This document shows positions 26,091 through 36,191 of a DNA stretch of 46,055 nt, piece by piece. The notes beneath the pieces are model-generated. The model worked only from the letters and a program-made list of their open reading frames with translations. It did no database searches and had not been told where the DNA came from. The stretch is from positions 8,792 through 54,846 of the forward strand of contig CAYOYV010000009.1 of assembly GCA_964408285.1 (NCBI GenBank), written 5' to 3'. The translations under genes and the position numbers were made by a program. The first letter of the stretch is position 1. Each line of letters begins with the position of its first letter. Source of the DNA: an uncultured Nitrososphaerota archaeon (lineage in GTDB: Archaea; Thermoproteota; EX4484-205; JAAOZO01).

Positions 26091-27197
26091 TTATCGCGTA
26101 GCGAGTTCCCTAGCATACGCGATTTCTTCGCCCTTTTCGAGAGGGATCACTATGACTTCGCTATATGGAACATAGAGTGTGATCAAGTCCCCAATCTTTG
26201 CATCATACCCGACTCCTATGTTCGCAAGCAAGTCACCATATTCTGTTCGGATCCTCAGCTGATTGTAGGATCCGGCGAAAGAGGCCCATTCCACCGTACC
26301 CTTGAATACATTGCTGCTTTCGTATGCTGCCAAGGAGAATGATTCGGGCCTTATGACGCAGCTGACATTACTGCCCGGATCGATTCTCAAATCCCGAGAC
26401 GAAGTCATTCCGACTATCTCATTCTTTCCAATTGCCACTCTAGCCCGCCCTTCGTCAGCCTCCTTAGAAACACCTGAGATCATGTTGCATCTGCCTAGGA
26501 AGCTTGCCACGAAGAGATTCGCTGGTTTCTTGTATGCATCCAAGGGGGAAGCCACCTGAACTATTGTGCCCTTGTTCATTATCGCCATCCTATCCGAAAG
26601 AACCATTGCTTCCTCTTGGTCATGTGTGACATATGCTGCTGTAATCCCCAATTCCCTCTGGATTCTCTTTATCTCCTCCCTCATTTCTACCCTCAACTTC
26701 GCATCCAGATTGCTTAATGGCTCATCCAATAGTAGCAACTTCGGTTCGATCACCAGAGCCCTTGCCAATGCAACTCTCTGTTGCTGTCCTCCGGAGAGTT
26801 GGGTGGGAAATTTCCTTTCTGTGCCTCCAAGCTTCACGAATTCTATTATCCCATTGACCTTCTTACTGATCTCCTCACTGGTCAAATGCCTGAGTTCTAG
26901 GCCGTAGGCCACGTTTTCATAGACGGACATATGGGGCCAAAGGGCATAGTTCTGAAAAACCATGCCTGTTCCCCTCTGGTAGGGAGGAGCGTTTGTCACG
27001 TCCTCGGAGTCGAAGAAGATTCTCCCGGCATCAGGATATTCAAGTCCAGCGATGAGACGCAGTAATGTGGTTTTTCCGCACCCACTTGGGCCGAGGATCG
27101 TGAAGAATTCCCCATTCCTGATTTCTAGGCTTGCATTGTCCACTGCCACTACGTCGGCAAACTGCTTCACGGCATTCTCAACGCGAACCTCTACCAT
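26091..27197 (-). CDS. ABC transporter ATP-binding subunit (PotA/FbpC/AfuC-like, TOBE domain)
   Basis: GPSGCGKT, VFQNYALWPH, LSGGQQQR, LLLDEP and YVTHD motifs. Confidence 0.95.
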   Translation of the reverse strand: MVEVRVENAVKQFADVVAVDNASLEIRNGEFFTILGPSGCGKTTLLRLIAGLEYPDAGRIFFDSEDVTNAPPYQRGTGMVFQNYALWPHMSVYENVAYGLELRHLTSEEISKKVNGIIEFVKLGGTERKFPTQLSGGQQQRVALARALVIEPKLLLLDEPLSNLDAKLRVEMREEIKRIQRELGITAAYVTHDQEEAMVLSDRMAIMNKGTIVQVASPLDAYKKPANLFVASFLGRCNMISGVSKEADEGRARVAIGKNEIVGMTSSRDLRIDPGSNVSCVIRPESFSLAAYESSNVFKGTVEWASFAGSYNQLRIRTEYGDLLANIGVGYDAKIGDLITLYVPYSEVIVIPLEKGEEIAYARELATR

Positions 27198-27200
27198 GAC

Positions 27201-29054
27201 TCACACACCCCAGAATGCAACCTTCTGCTTGAGCACCAGATTGGACACTGTCATGGCGATGAGTTGTACCCCCATGAGCAAGACGCCAAGGGCAGCCGCT
27301 ATGCTTACAGCACCCACAGACCCCCCAGCATACACGATCTGACTCATGTAGAAAGTGACGGGTCCCTGTTGGGGCTTCAGACTACTCAAGGTAATGCTAG
27401 TGCTGACCTCATTCATCGAATAAACGAATGAAAGTAGGGCACCTGATATCATGTTGCTTGCTATGAGGGGCGCTACTATGTTCTTGAATGTTGTGAGCCT
27501 ATCTGCTCCCAGATTCATGGAAGCTTCCTCGAGACTCTCATGCGTCTGCTGAAGACCTGAGAATACCGCCCTCGTCGTGAAGGGCAATCTCCTGACACTG
27601 TACGAGAACACAAGAAGTAGGCCGGGGAACAGAAAAGGATCAAGGGGCTGGCCAGAGAAGAAGACCGAGAAGAATAGCAGGTAGCCAATCGCGAGTATCA
27701 CTCCGGGAATAGCAGTTGGCAGCGTCGCCACGGCATCCAGTATTTCGAGGCCCTTCAACTTCTTCCTCGCCACGATGTATGCGATGCTGGTTCCGATGAC
27801 CAGCATGATAACAACAGCGCTGGCGGAGTAGATGAGGCTGTTCGATATTGCCCTGAGTACCTCCTCCTCAGTCCACATATCGATCACATATTTCAGTGTG
27901 CCCGCTGTTGGAAAAGGCAGACCGTTCGTGGCCCAATCGGAGAAAGCCAATACCAGAACTCCCAGTTGAGGAAAGGCCACGACTAGGCTGAGAAGAGTGA
28001 GAAGTGCGATCACGGTCGCGGTTCCCAACTTGCCCAACTCCCTGACCTTCAGGCTATATCGACTTCCCTTTGCTATCATCGCGTATTTTCTCAGCGTCAC
28101 GTATTTGCGTATAATGATGAAGGTCGCAACGGCGATGAGCAACATGATGGCCGCAATCGCGTATGTTGAGGGATGAATCTGTTCAATCGATCCTAGGCCT
28201 CTCTTGAATTCGCCATATATATAGAAGTTCATGACCCTTTGGTGAATTCCGCTCCCAAAAGCGCCACTCAGGCCTACCGGAGCTCCAAGGTCCTCAAGAC
28301 TAAGTATGAAGACCAATACGGCGCCGGCAGTTATGCCCGGCATGGCGAGTGGCAAGGTGATCGTTCTGAGGACATGAAACCCTTTTCCGCCTAGGCTCTG
28401 TGCTTGCTCCTCCATTGAAGGATCGATGCTTATGAACGAGGACATCGCATTGAGATACACAATGGGAAAGAAGCTTATCGTCTGTATCAGGATCAAGGCG
28501 GGCAATCCGGTTATCTGCACACTGAAGGGCAGGATCCCGAGGGTATCATGGAGAAGCTGATTGAACAACCCATTCTGTCCGAGCACTTTCCCAATCACGA
28601 ACGCATTTACGAAAGGCGTGGCAAGCAAGGGAACGAGGAGGATAGTCCTGAAGAATGTCTTGCCGAGGAAATTGTATCTTACGACAAGATACGCGACTCC
28701 TGTTCCTATGATGAGGCACAGGACCATGACGCTCACAGAGACTAAGACACTATTCAGAAGAATGCCGAAGTCAGGTCCCCTGTCTCCTATGAAAATAAAC
28801 GAGCCGAGGGGCGTGTCTCGAATGACGAATAATGTTAATTCGGGATTCATCTTGAGGAAATCCGGGTCTTGCACTACTGACTGGAAGTAATAGGTCGTGA
28901 TCGATCCCTCTCTGTAGAAGGCTCGCCACATCATGAAAACGAGTGGGGAGAAAAGAAAAAGGACCAGAAAGAGGACTGCTACTAGGATTTGCCAAGAAGT
29001 GAGTGAGTCCAGTTCCCTTCTCAATTGCAGGAGTGGGTCGCCCTTCCTGCTCAC
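27201..29054 (-). CDS. ABC transporter fused permease (FbpB/AfuB-like)
   Basis: Two EAA loops (SMEEQAQSLGG, SLEEASMNLGA); about 12 TM; 3-4 nt spacing to neighbours. Confidence 0.92.
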   Translation of the reverse strand: MSRKGDPLLQLRRELDSLTSWQILVAVLFLVLFLFSPLVFMMWRAFYREGSITTYYFQSVVQDPDFLKMNPELTLFVIRDTPLGSFIFIGDRGPDFGILLNSVLVSVSVMVLCLIIGTGVAYLVVRYNFLGKTFFRTILLVPLLATPFVNAFVIGKVLGQNGLFNQLLHDTLGILPFSVQITGLPALILIQTISFFPIVYLNAMSSFISIDPSMEEQAQSLGGKGFHVLRTITLPLAMPGITAGAVLVFILSLEDLGAPVGLSGAFGSGIHQRVMNFYIYGEFKRGLGSIEQIHPSTYAIAAIMLLIAVATFIIIRKYVTLRKYAMIAKGSRYSLKVRELGKLGTATVIALLTLLSLVVAFPQLGVLVLAFSDWATNGLPFPTAGTLKYVIDMWTEEEVLRAISNSLIYSASAVVIMLVIGTSIAYIVARKKLKGLEILDAVATLPTAIPGVILAIGYLLFFSVFFSGQPLDPFLFPGLLLVFSYSVRRLPFTTRAVFSGLQQTHESLEEASMNLGADRLTTFKNIVAPLIASNMISGALLSFVYSMNEVSTSITLSSLKPQQGPVTFYMSQIVYAGGSVGAVSIAAALGVLLMGVQLIAMTVSNLVLKQKVAFWGV

Positions 29055-29058
29055 GAGC

Positions 29059-30513
29059 TCACACCCCTAGTTTCTTCAGCTCTGTCAGAATCGCGTCATA
29101 TCTTGTGAGAGCCGCTTCATACCATGCCTTCGTGATCTTGCTTCTGTAGTCCACAGAGCCATAGATGGTGTCCCTAGCACTTATTGCAAAGCTCTCGGAG
29201 AAAATCACCGACTTATTCGTGGCAGGATCAGTGAACCGCAGGAGCGAAGGGTCAGTCATCAAATCGACGAGGCGCGCGAAGTCCTCCTGCCTGATCTTGC
29301 CTTGGAGCCTTGCCAGGGCCAGGGCTTCCCAAGTCTGTTGTAGCTTATCGTGCGGTTTCGAGATCGTTGCATAGTAGTACCATTGCAATGACTCACGGTA
29401 TTTGGCGACTAAGTCGTCGCTGAAATTGATGCTTGTTGCCTTCGCCGTGTTCTCGAATGCGATCTTGAGGTCAGTTCGATTGGCGCCCTCGGGTGTACTG
29501 AAGACTCGACCATCTATGGGCATTCGGTTTACTTTGGGGAGGACCCATATCTTCTGCCCTCCGTTGTAGTCGAGTACCCAAGCGATGAACGCCATTGCTT
29601 CGGCGCGGTGCTTGCTGCTCGTTAGCAGAGCTATCGGATCCGCATTCACTATCGATCCGTCGACCGGAACGACATACTTGCAGAGGTCGGGATTTGCTAT
29701 TATTGCTTGGTAGCCATAGAAATCGATCGTCGTGCTTATCCCGACATCACCACGAATTGCCGCATCTCTCACTAATCCAGATTCATCGTACATCCTGGCG
29801 TTTGCGGCCATGAGGGTCACTATCTTCCAGCCTTCCTCCCATCCGTAGGCCTGTATAATTATCTCGAATATCCTCTCGTTGCTGGTGCTGACTATGGGGT
29901 CCGCAGTCGCCACACTCGGGATGGGAAGTGTTTTCGCATATGTTTCGTTCGACAAATCGGACCATCGGTTCGGGGTAGGAAGACCTGCTTTTTTCAGGAA
30001 GTCCAGATTGATTGTGAAACCGAAGGATGAAATCGCTGCGCCCACCCAAATCAGATCCGTTCCGGACTGGCGATAGACGATTGCACCTGCAATCTCCTTT
30101 GGAAATCCGCTGACCAATCGCTTCACATCGTCACTCGTTATGGGCGAGAGCAGACCTCTGCTGTTCAAGAAATCGAAGAGAGGAGGCCCGCCTCCCCATC
30201 CTACATCGATTTCCTGCCCAGGCTTGTTTGCGCTCTCCTTGATGACTTCCTCCCAGCCCACAGGGTCGACCGGCACCCATTCGACATTTGTTATTCCGGC
30301 CTTCTTTGCGTATTCAGATTTCAGGAAAGCTTCCTTGGCCGGTGTCAGTATGTCAGGTCCATGCCTTGTTATGACTCTGATCTTTAGCTCCTTCGGAGTC
30401 ATGAGATAACTGTAAAGGAAGTAACCTCCTATCGCAGCTATTCCAATGAAGAAAATGATTAGAATTGTCCGAAGGTTAGGGCCCTTTGAACTCATTGTGT
30501 TGCTTCGAGCCAA
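29059..30513 (-). CDS. ABC substrate-binding protein (AfuA/FbpA-like), N-terminally anchored
   Basis: N-terminal TM; ITRH, DVGWGGG, ISSFG, GWEEGW, IDFYG and NADPIA motifs; alternative start ATG 30495. Confidence 0.88.
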   Translation of the reverse strand: MARSNTMSSKGPNLRTILIIFFIGIAAIGGYFLYSYLMTPKELKIRVITRHGPDILTPAKEAFLKSEYAKKAGITNVEWVPVDPVGWEEVIKESANKPGQEIDVGWGGGPPLFDFLNSRGLLSPITSDDVKRLVSGFPKEIAGAIVYRQSGTDLIWVGAAISSFGFTINLDFLKKAGLPTPNRWSDLSNETYAKTLPIPSVATADPIVSTSNERIFEIIIQAYGWEEGWKIVTLMAANARMYDESGLVRDAAIRGDVGISTTIDFYGYQAIIANPDLCKYVVPVDGSIVNADPIALLTSSKHRAEAMAFIAWVLDYNGGQKIWVLPKVNRMPIDGRVFSTPEGANRTDLKIAFENTAKATSINFSDDLVAKYRESLQWYYYATISKPHDKLQQTWEALALARLQGKIRQEDFARLVDLMTDPSLLRFTDPATNKSVIFSESFAISARDTIYGSVDYRSKITKAWYEAALTRYDAILTELKKLGV

Positions 30514-30621
30514 AACAATTTGACGCGGCTATTAAAGCTTCACAATACTAGAAATCGCCAAGATTCCGTGGCGTCATAAAAAAGATTTAATTGGGCTCAG
30601 ACATAGAGGAGGCGAGGCAAG

Positions 30622-31617
30622 ATGAACCGAAAGTCGTTCTTGGAATGGATTCTCGTCATGGTCATCGCTTCCTTTTTCCTGCAATACCTGAACACAATCC
30701 AAGCTGACCCGGGCCCAACTGTCATAGCGTATGCTAAGGGGATGCTTGACCCGACAAAGGACAGGTTCCTTGTATACATGCAAGGTAACATGACGCAAGT
30801 AACCTGGGTTGTCATAACGGACGTGTTGAACTTCGACAAGATAAAGAACGCGGACATGATAATCATGGTTGGTGTGGATACCTCGCAGAATTTCACTAGT
30901 GATGAGTTAGCGGCCGTCAAGCAATGGTTTGATCAGGGGAACAAGGTGATATGGATTACGGGAGATTCTGACTACAGTGGCGACAAACCTAGGATGATTC
31001 AGGCGAATAGAGTTGCAGAGACGCTGGGGACTAAACTGAGGAATGACGATTGCCAGCCAAACGACGCAGTGAGATCACCAACCGGTGCCTATAGAATCGG
31101 CTGTGACATAACTCCAGATCCTGCTGCGAGCACATTGAGCGATGGAGTGACCGGCATGGTTCTCTTCCACGGACCTGGAGTACTGGCAGCGATACAGGAC
31201 TCAAACTGGGTTTCTCTGACGGACAAAACGATCGACAATATCTACAGGATAGCTTACACAGGTCCGCAAGCAATCATAACGGAGCAGACACCCCCGACGG
31301 CCAAGGCATACGTTGCCGGTGCACAGGGGAAATTCGTCCTAATGGCCGCGGAAGTGATGCGGAACAACGGGATTGTGATCTTCAGCACCTCTGCGCCATT
31401 TGACCAATACAGAGGGATGTGGCAAAGTGGAACCTACAATGACCTAAAAGACTTGGCCGGCCCACAATTCGTGACAAACGTTGTACTCTGGAGTGTAGGC
31501 CTAAAGGGAACCAAGCCTAAATTCCAGACACCCCTGATCGAATACTTGCCCTATGCAGCCGTTGTCGTTGTCGTAGTAATCGCCGCTGTCTACGTATTCT
31601 ACCTGAGGAGGAAGTGA
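30622..31617 (+). CDS. Secreted surface protein with C-terminal TM anchor (GATase/DUF4350-like alpha/beta domain suspected)
   Basis: Signal peptide; FTSDELAAVKQWFDQGNKVIWITGDSDY and LFHGPG; C-terminal TM plus RRK; divergent from the ABC operon across about 108 bp with two TATA-like boxes. Confidence 0.7.
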   Translation: MNRKSFLEWILVMVIASFFLQYLNTIQADPGPTVIAYAKGMLDPTKDRFLVYMQGNMTQVTWVVITDVLNFDKIKNADMIIMVGVDTSQNFTSDELAAVKQWFDQGNKVIWITGDSDYSGDKPRMIQANRVAETLGTKLRNDDCQPNDAVRSPTGAYRIGCDITPDPAASTLSDGVTGMVLFHGPGVLAAIQDSNWVSLTDKTIDNIYRIAYTGPQAIITEQTPPTAKAYVAGAQGKFVLMAAEVMRNNGIVIFSTSAPFDQYRGMWQSGTYNDLKDLAGPQFVTNVVLWSVGLKGTKPKFQTPLIEYLPYAAVVVVVVIAAVYVFYLRRK

Positions 31618-31744
31618 CGGGACTTCCTCCCTAATCATTTTTCCAATAACTAAATCACCACATTTATTGAGACCACTGTCTCCAGGCATAAGACATCCTA
31701 TGGAAAGCTGGCGATCGATCTCATCGCATGCTCGGCACAAGTTC

Positions 31745-32788
31745 TCAAAGAAGCATTCTCGTGGCAAAGTCTATGATCGCGCTCACGACTGACATAACGA
31801 CCATACCTCCTATTGCCGACAGAAAGCCGAGTTCGACTGGCCATTCTTGGGCCTCTTTCACTGTCTCCCCTTTGATACGAGTGGCCAATAGGCGCGCCAT
31901 GATTGTCGCTATTCGGTCCTTAGTATCCTGGGTTGCAATTCCCGTTGCAGCGTTATTCAATTCTGTAATTAGTTCATTCGTTTGCTTGTCAATATTCGAC
32001 AGTTCATCCCTCTTCATCCCAACGAGAACGAGATGGATATTGTAGAAGGGCACGAGAAAGGCTAACACGCCCAGCAAGATGACGAACCGGTTGATAAGCA
32101 GCTCCGGCACAGACGCAGGAGGATAGAAGAGTTGAACAATGAACATCAGTAGGAAGACTGATGCAGACGCGTACAGACTTGGACTGGCGAGTGGTCTGAA
32201 AATCTTGCTGGTTTCACGAGACAATTGCAGGTTCAGCGGTTGCCGTGACACCCAGAAAATCAGTAGCCAAAGTGATATGATGATCCAAACGCCAGTTCCG
32301 GCAAGCAGATTGGAGAAGAAGGATGCCGCGAGGTTCCAAGCTGAATGTGCTGTGGAGATTTCAGAAAATAATGAACCGGATATGTATGAGAAGGTGAGTA
32401 TCGTTGCTATTGCCCAGATCAACGGTGGAATGAAACTCAATGCCCACCATTCCACCTTCTCGAACGACCTTTGGAACTCGTGTTCATCAAGTCTCAGTAT
32501 CTGACACGCCCATGTCGGAAGCCATTCCAAGAATGAGCGGAAGCCATGGACTGCATAGAGAATTATGATGCCCTGGACGAAAAAGGACAAGTGGAATCCC
32601 AAGTTTCCGAGATACTGAAGCGGGATTCCGTCAATGGCGAATACTGCCAGGCCGGATAGCCAGATGACAGATAGAAAAGAGAAACGGCTGACAAACCACC
32701 AGAAGAGACCAGGCCTCTGAGTTCGAGATATAGCGGTCCAGAAATCCAATATAACCTCGATCCACATCCTTCCTATCCGCTTGCCCAA
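31745..32788 (-). CDS. Polytopic membrane protein of unknown function
   Basis: 347 aa, about 7 hydrophobic helices and a cytoplasmic coiled-coil-like segment before EWP. Confidence 0.7.
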   Translation of the reverse strand: MGKRIGRMWIEVILDFWTAISRTQRPGLFWWFVSRFSFLSVIWLSGLAVFAIDGIPLQYLGNLGFHLSFFVQGIIILYAVHGFRSFLEWLPTWACQILRLDEHEFQRSFEKVEWWALSFIPPLIWAIATILTFSYISGSLFSEISTAHSAWNLAASFFSNLLAGTGVWIIISLWLLIFWVSRQPLNLQLSRETSKIFRPLASPSLYASASVFLLMFIVQLFYPPASVPELLINRFVILLGVLAFLVPFYNIHLVLVGMKRDELSNIDKQTNELITELNNAATGIATQDTKDRIATIMARLLATRIKGETVKEAQEWPVELGFLSAIGGMVVMSVVSAIIDFATRMLL

Positions 32789-33058
32789 GAGACACGAGCC
32801 GTCAAAGTCCGTATTGGAGAGAGCAGACGTATAAATGATTTAGCTCAATTGAGAGGGAAGAAAGCCATGCAAGAAACCGGCATGGGGGAGATTCACGGTC
32901 AAGACCCGACGGTCCAATCTCACATCGTTCACCGCCTTGGATCGCGGGGGGCAGACCTGACCACGTCCGGGAAGCTCTACTTTTGCGATCTGTTCCTATA
33001 GGGGTCATCAGGCATAGGTCAGCAAAAACTTATTACGATTTTTGCGGTCCGAGAAGCA

Positions 33059-33919
33059 ATGAGCATCCCAGTGATCTCAGTCAAGGGCAGGAACATACCG
33101 CAGGCTTGGGAAAGCTCGCTTCTCGAACTGTGGAATTCTGGAATCAGCATAAGGACTGAATATGATAGTGAAGGAGTCCCCCCTAGCAAGGATGCAACGA
33201 TGGTCATGACCATAGAAGAGCCATACTCTGAACCAAGGATCCACATGTGCATACCGGGCGGCCTTGAGGATCTTAGGAAATACGTCAGGGAAGTCGTTGA
33301 TGGAGTCCATGATGATTGGATTGATCCCAAACAAGGCAAATGGATCTATACCTATCATCAGCGTCTGTTCGGATACGAGATGGGGAAAGACACGATCGAT
33401 CAGGTCAACTTCATGATCACGAAGCTTACGTCTGCACCTCATTCTAGGAGGGCACAAGCAATAACGTGGAATCCCATGCTCGACCCTCTATCATATGATC
33501 CGCCCTGCCTTCAGAGAATATGGGGAAGGTGTGTCTCCGACGAAAAGGGGAAGATGTGGTTCAATATGAACGCCCACTGGAGATCAAGGGATGCATACAA
33601 GGCAGCATTCATGAATTTGTTTGCCCTGACGGAACTCCAGAGGATCATCGCAAGAAGGATTTCGGAAAAAGCCGGAAACGAGATTTTTGCCGGAAGGTAT
33701 GTAGATATTTCCGATTCATATCACATCTATGGATCAGATTTCAATGATTTCAGAATTCGCTTCCTAGCAATGATCGGGAAAAGGAAATTCTTCAATGATA
33801 ATCTCACGGACTCAAGAACGCTGCGCAGCGACCATCCCTTGGTCCTCAAGGCATTTGCCAAGGCAGATGACGCACTATTGAAAGAGAAGTCAACCGGAAG
33901 GAAGGGTACGACGGGCTGA
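33059..33919 (+). CDS. thyA: Thymidylate synthase-like protein (archaeal ThyA family)
   Basis: YTYHQRL, SRRAQ, catalytic PPCL, WRSRD...AFMN and SYHIY motifs. Confidence 0.8.
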   Translation: MSIPVISVKGRNIPQAWESSLLELWNSGISIRTEYDSEGVPPSKDATMVMTIEEPYSEPRIHMCIPGGLEDLRKYVREVVDGVHDDWIDPKQGKWIYTYHQRLFGYEMGKDTIDQVNFMITKLTSAPHSRRAQAITWNPMLDPLSYDPPCLQRIWGRCVSDEKGKMWFNMNAHWRSRDAYKAAFMNLFALTELQRIIARRISEKAGNEIFAGRYVDISDSYHIYGSDFNDFRIRFLAMIGKRKFFNDNLTDSRTLRSDHPLVLKAFAKADDALLKEKSTGRKGTTG

Positions 33920-34164
33920 GACCGCACTTTGGATTGCCGTGGAATGTTTGCTTGCGTACATGATGGCCCCTGGACATTGCCAGTCCAAGAAAAACCTTTT
34001 CGACAGCATTCTGGGTCTCCTGGCCTTAAGCACGCCTGCTTGAGCGATCGGGCGATTGGGCCTCAGGCCTGCGCGAATGCGTCGAATCGTACACAACCTT
34101 TATATGGGAAAGAGATGGAGTTGGCATATCGTGATATATCGCGTCCGCAGAAGGTGACATCTGG

Positions 34165-34908
34165 TTGGCTACCAATGTATTGGATGGGCAAGTTGAAGGA
34201 GCCTCTCAACGCATAGGACCTGTTATCTCGCTCCAGTCAGTGCGCAAGGACTACTCTCTCGGCAAGACAAGAGTGGCTGCACTATCAGGCGTAACAACCG
34301 AGATAATGCGGGGCGAAAGAATAGCCATAATAGGTCCATCGGGGAGTGGTAAGTCCACTCTACTCAACATAATCGGTTTGTTGGACAGGCCGACCGGCGG
34401 CAAGGTGTTGTTTGACGGGAGAAGCGTTGAGAACCTCGGGGTGGATGAAGCTTCTGATTTGAGGATGAAACGGATTGGCTTCATTTTCCAGCAGTTCCAT
34501 CTGGTACCATGGCTAAACGCCCTCGAGAACGTGGAAATCCCTCTGGCGATCTCAGACTTCCCCTCACCAAGCAGAAGAAAAAGGGCGAAGAAGCTACTGG
34601 CAGCTGTCGGGCTCATGCATAGAACTCATCACAAGCCTAGCGAGCTAAGTGGAGGTGAACAACAAAGGGTCGCAATTGCCAGAGCATTGGCCAACGAGCC
34701 ATCGCTCCTACTTGCTGACGAACCAACTGGGAATGTAGACTCAAGAACCGGGATTGAGATCGCTGAATTGCTCAGGGATTTCAGCGAGAAGCGCAAGGTA
34801 ACGTTGGTTGTGGTGACACACAACTTCGATCTAGTCAATGTGCTAGCGCAGAGGGAGATATATCTAAAAGATGGAATGATCGCAAAGGAGGTAAGGATTT
34901 CACAATGA
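34165..34908 (+). CDS. ABC ATPase, LolD/MacB family
   Basis: GPSGSGKST, IGFIFQQFHL, LSGGEQQR and LADEPTGNVD motifs. Confidence 0.93.
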   Translation: MATNVLDGQVEGASQRIGPVISLQSVRKDYSLGKTRVAALSGVTTEIMRGERIAIIGPSGSGKSTLLNIIGLLDRPTGGKVLFDGRSVENLGVDEASDLRMKRIGFIFQQFHLVPWLNALENVEIPLAISDFPSPSRRKRAKKLLAAVGLMHRTHHKPSELSGGEQQRVAIARALANEPSLLLADEPTGNVDSRTGIEIAELLRDFSEKRKVTLVVVTHNFDLVNVLAQREIYLKDGMIAKEVRISQ

Positions 34909-36191
34909 GAAAGGAATTGTGCCTCATTGTTGTGCTGTTGTTGTTTTCCAAGGTTGGGACTCCTAAGTCTCTCGGTGAGGGATCCTACTTCCTGATATTG
35001 GACTCATACTGGGGATCACCGGGAAATCCATCGGAGACGATCGCCGGCGACTCAAATGCTCAAATGGTCGTCAGCGTGCTCTACTCTGGCCAAGTGCAGA
35101 TCACGAATCCGAGGATGACCCTCAATCTCCCGCAGGATTTCGCGAATGTGACTGGCGGGCCGACCGCGACATCCGTATATCAGGGAACAGTCGGCTATGG
35201 TAGCAAGATGGATTTCACTTTCAGGATTTCTGTTGACAAGGAGGCGGCGGCAGGACTTCATGCCTGCAATGCAGTGATGGACTGGGCTACATATACATCA
35301 TACTATGACACAACTCTGAGACAGGTTGTGAGTGAACTGTCGGGGACTTGGAGCCAAGACGTGACAGTCCCGATCATGCTACATGCAAGGCCGATTCTGG
35401 AATTGTCAATCCAGCCGGCTTTCCTCGTTGCTGGGAGATCCAACAACGTGAGTCTCGAAATCACAAACGCGGGTTCAGTAGAAATAAGGAATCTCGAACT
35501 GACAATCACCGCAGGAACGGGATTGGCCTTGATCGAAATGGACAACAAATTCTACGTTCCCGCTCTTTCGGTGGGTGTAACGAAATCGATCCGACTGGAT
35601 CTGTTTCCACTGTCTTCACTAGCTGGTGGAATGTCACAGGTGACTGTCGCCTCCTCTTACAGATCTGCCTACGGATTCACGAAGTCCGAAACCAGAACTC
35701 TGACAACACCAATAAGGGGGTACACTGAAGTGCGGCTGGTGAGTCTAGTTGTTCCTGCATCCTCCTCTTCAAGATATGTGGCAAGTGGGACTGTGGCAAA
35801 TACCGGGATGGTCACCATAAGAAGTCTGACGATTTCGGTGGAACGAACTCAATATTTCTCGTCGCAATCAGCTGCGTTCGTTGGTGATGTGTCGGTAGGG
35901 GCCCAATCTCCATACTCTCTTCAGCTGATGGCCGCGAACGTGCGGAACGGGACGTATCCGATCACTCTCACAATGAACTACAAAGATGATTTCGGGAGCC
36001 AGACGGTCACAAACCAGACTCTGTACATCGATGTCACAGTACTAACACCTCAACCGAAAGCGGGACAACAAGAGGGGGCTGATAGCTTGCCATTGGTCAT
36101 CAGGATATTACTGCTTGTTGTGCCCTTCTTGGCAGGCATAGCAATCGGGTACCTGCTATTCGGAAGAAAGAAGAGTGAAGAAGTTGATTGA
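34905..36191 (+). CDS. COG1361-like S-layer/Ig-domain membrane-anchored protein
   Basis: Signal peptide, repeated beta-sandwich motifs (ITNAG, VANTG, GTYPITLTMNYKDDFG), C-terminal TM plus RKK; ATGA overlap with the upstream gene. Confidence 0.75.
   Translation: MRKELCLIVVLLLFSKVGTPKSLGEGSYFLILDSYWGSPGNPSETIAGDSNAQMVVSVLYSGQVQITNPRMTLNLPQDFANVTGGPTATSVYQGTVGYGSKMDFTFRISVDKEAAAGLHACNAVMDWATYTSYYDTTLRQVVSELSGTWSQDVTVPIMLHARPILELSIQPAFLVAGRSNNVSLEITNAGSVEIRNLELTITAGTGLALIEMDNKFYVPALSVGVTKSIRLDLFPLSSLAGGMSQVTVASSYRSAYGFTKSETRTLTTPIRGYTEVRLVSLVVPASSSSRYVASGTVANTGMVTIRSLTISVERTQYFSSQSAAFVGDVSVGAQSPYSLQLMAANVRNGTYPITLTMNYKDDFGSQTVTNQTLYIDVTVLTPQPKAGQQEGADSLPLVIRILLLVVPFLAGIAIGYLLFGRKKSEEVD

Noticed and set aside
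32802-34164. Short ORFs flanking thyA (32802-33008, 33890-34096, 33929-34216)
   Set aside because: No motifs, atypical composition and overlap with real genes or promoters.
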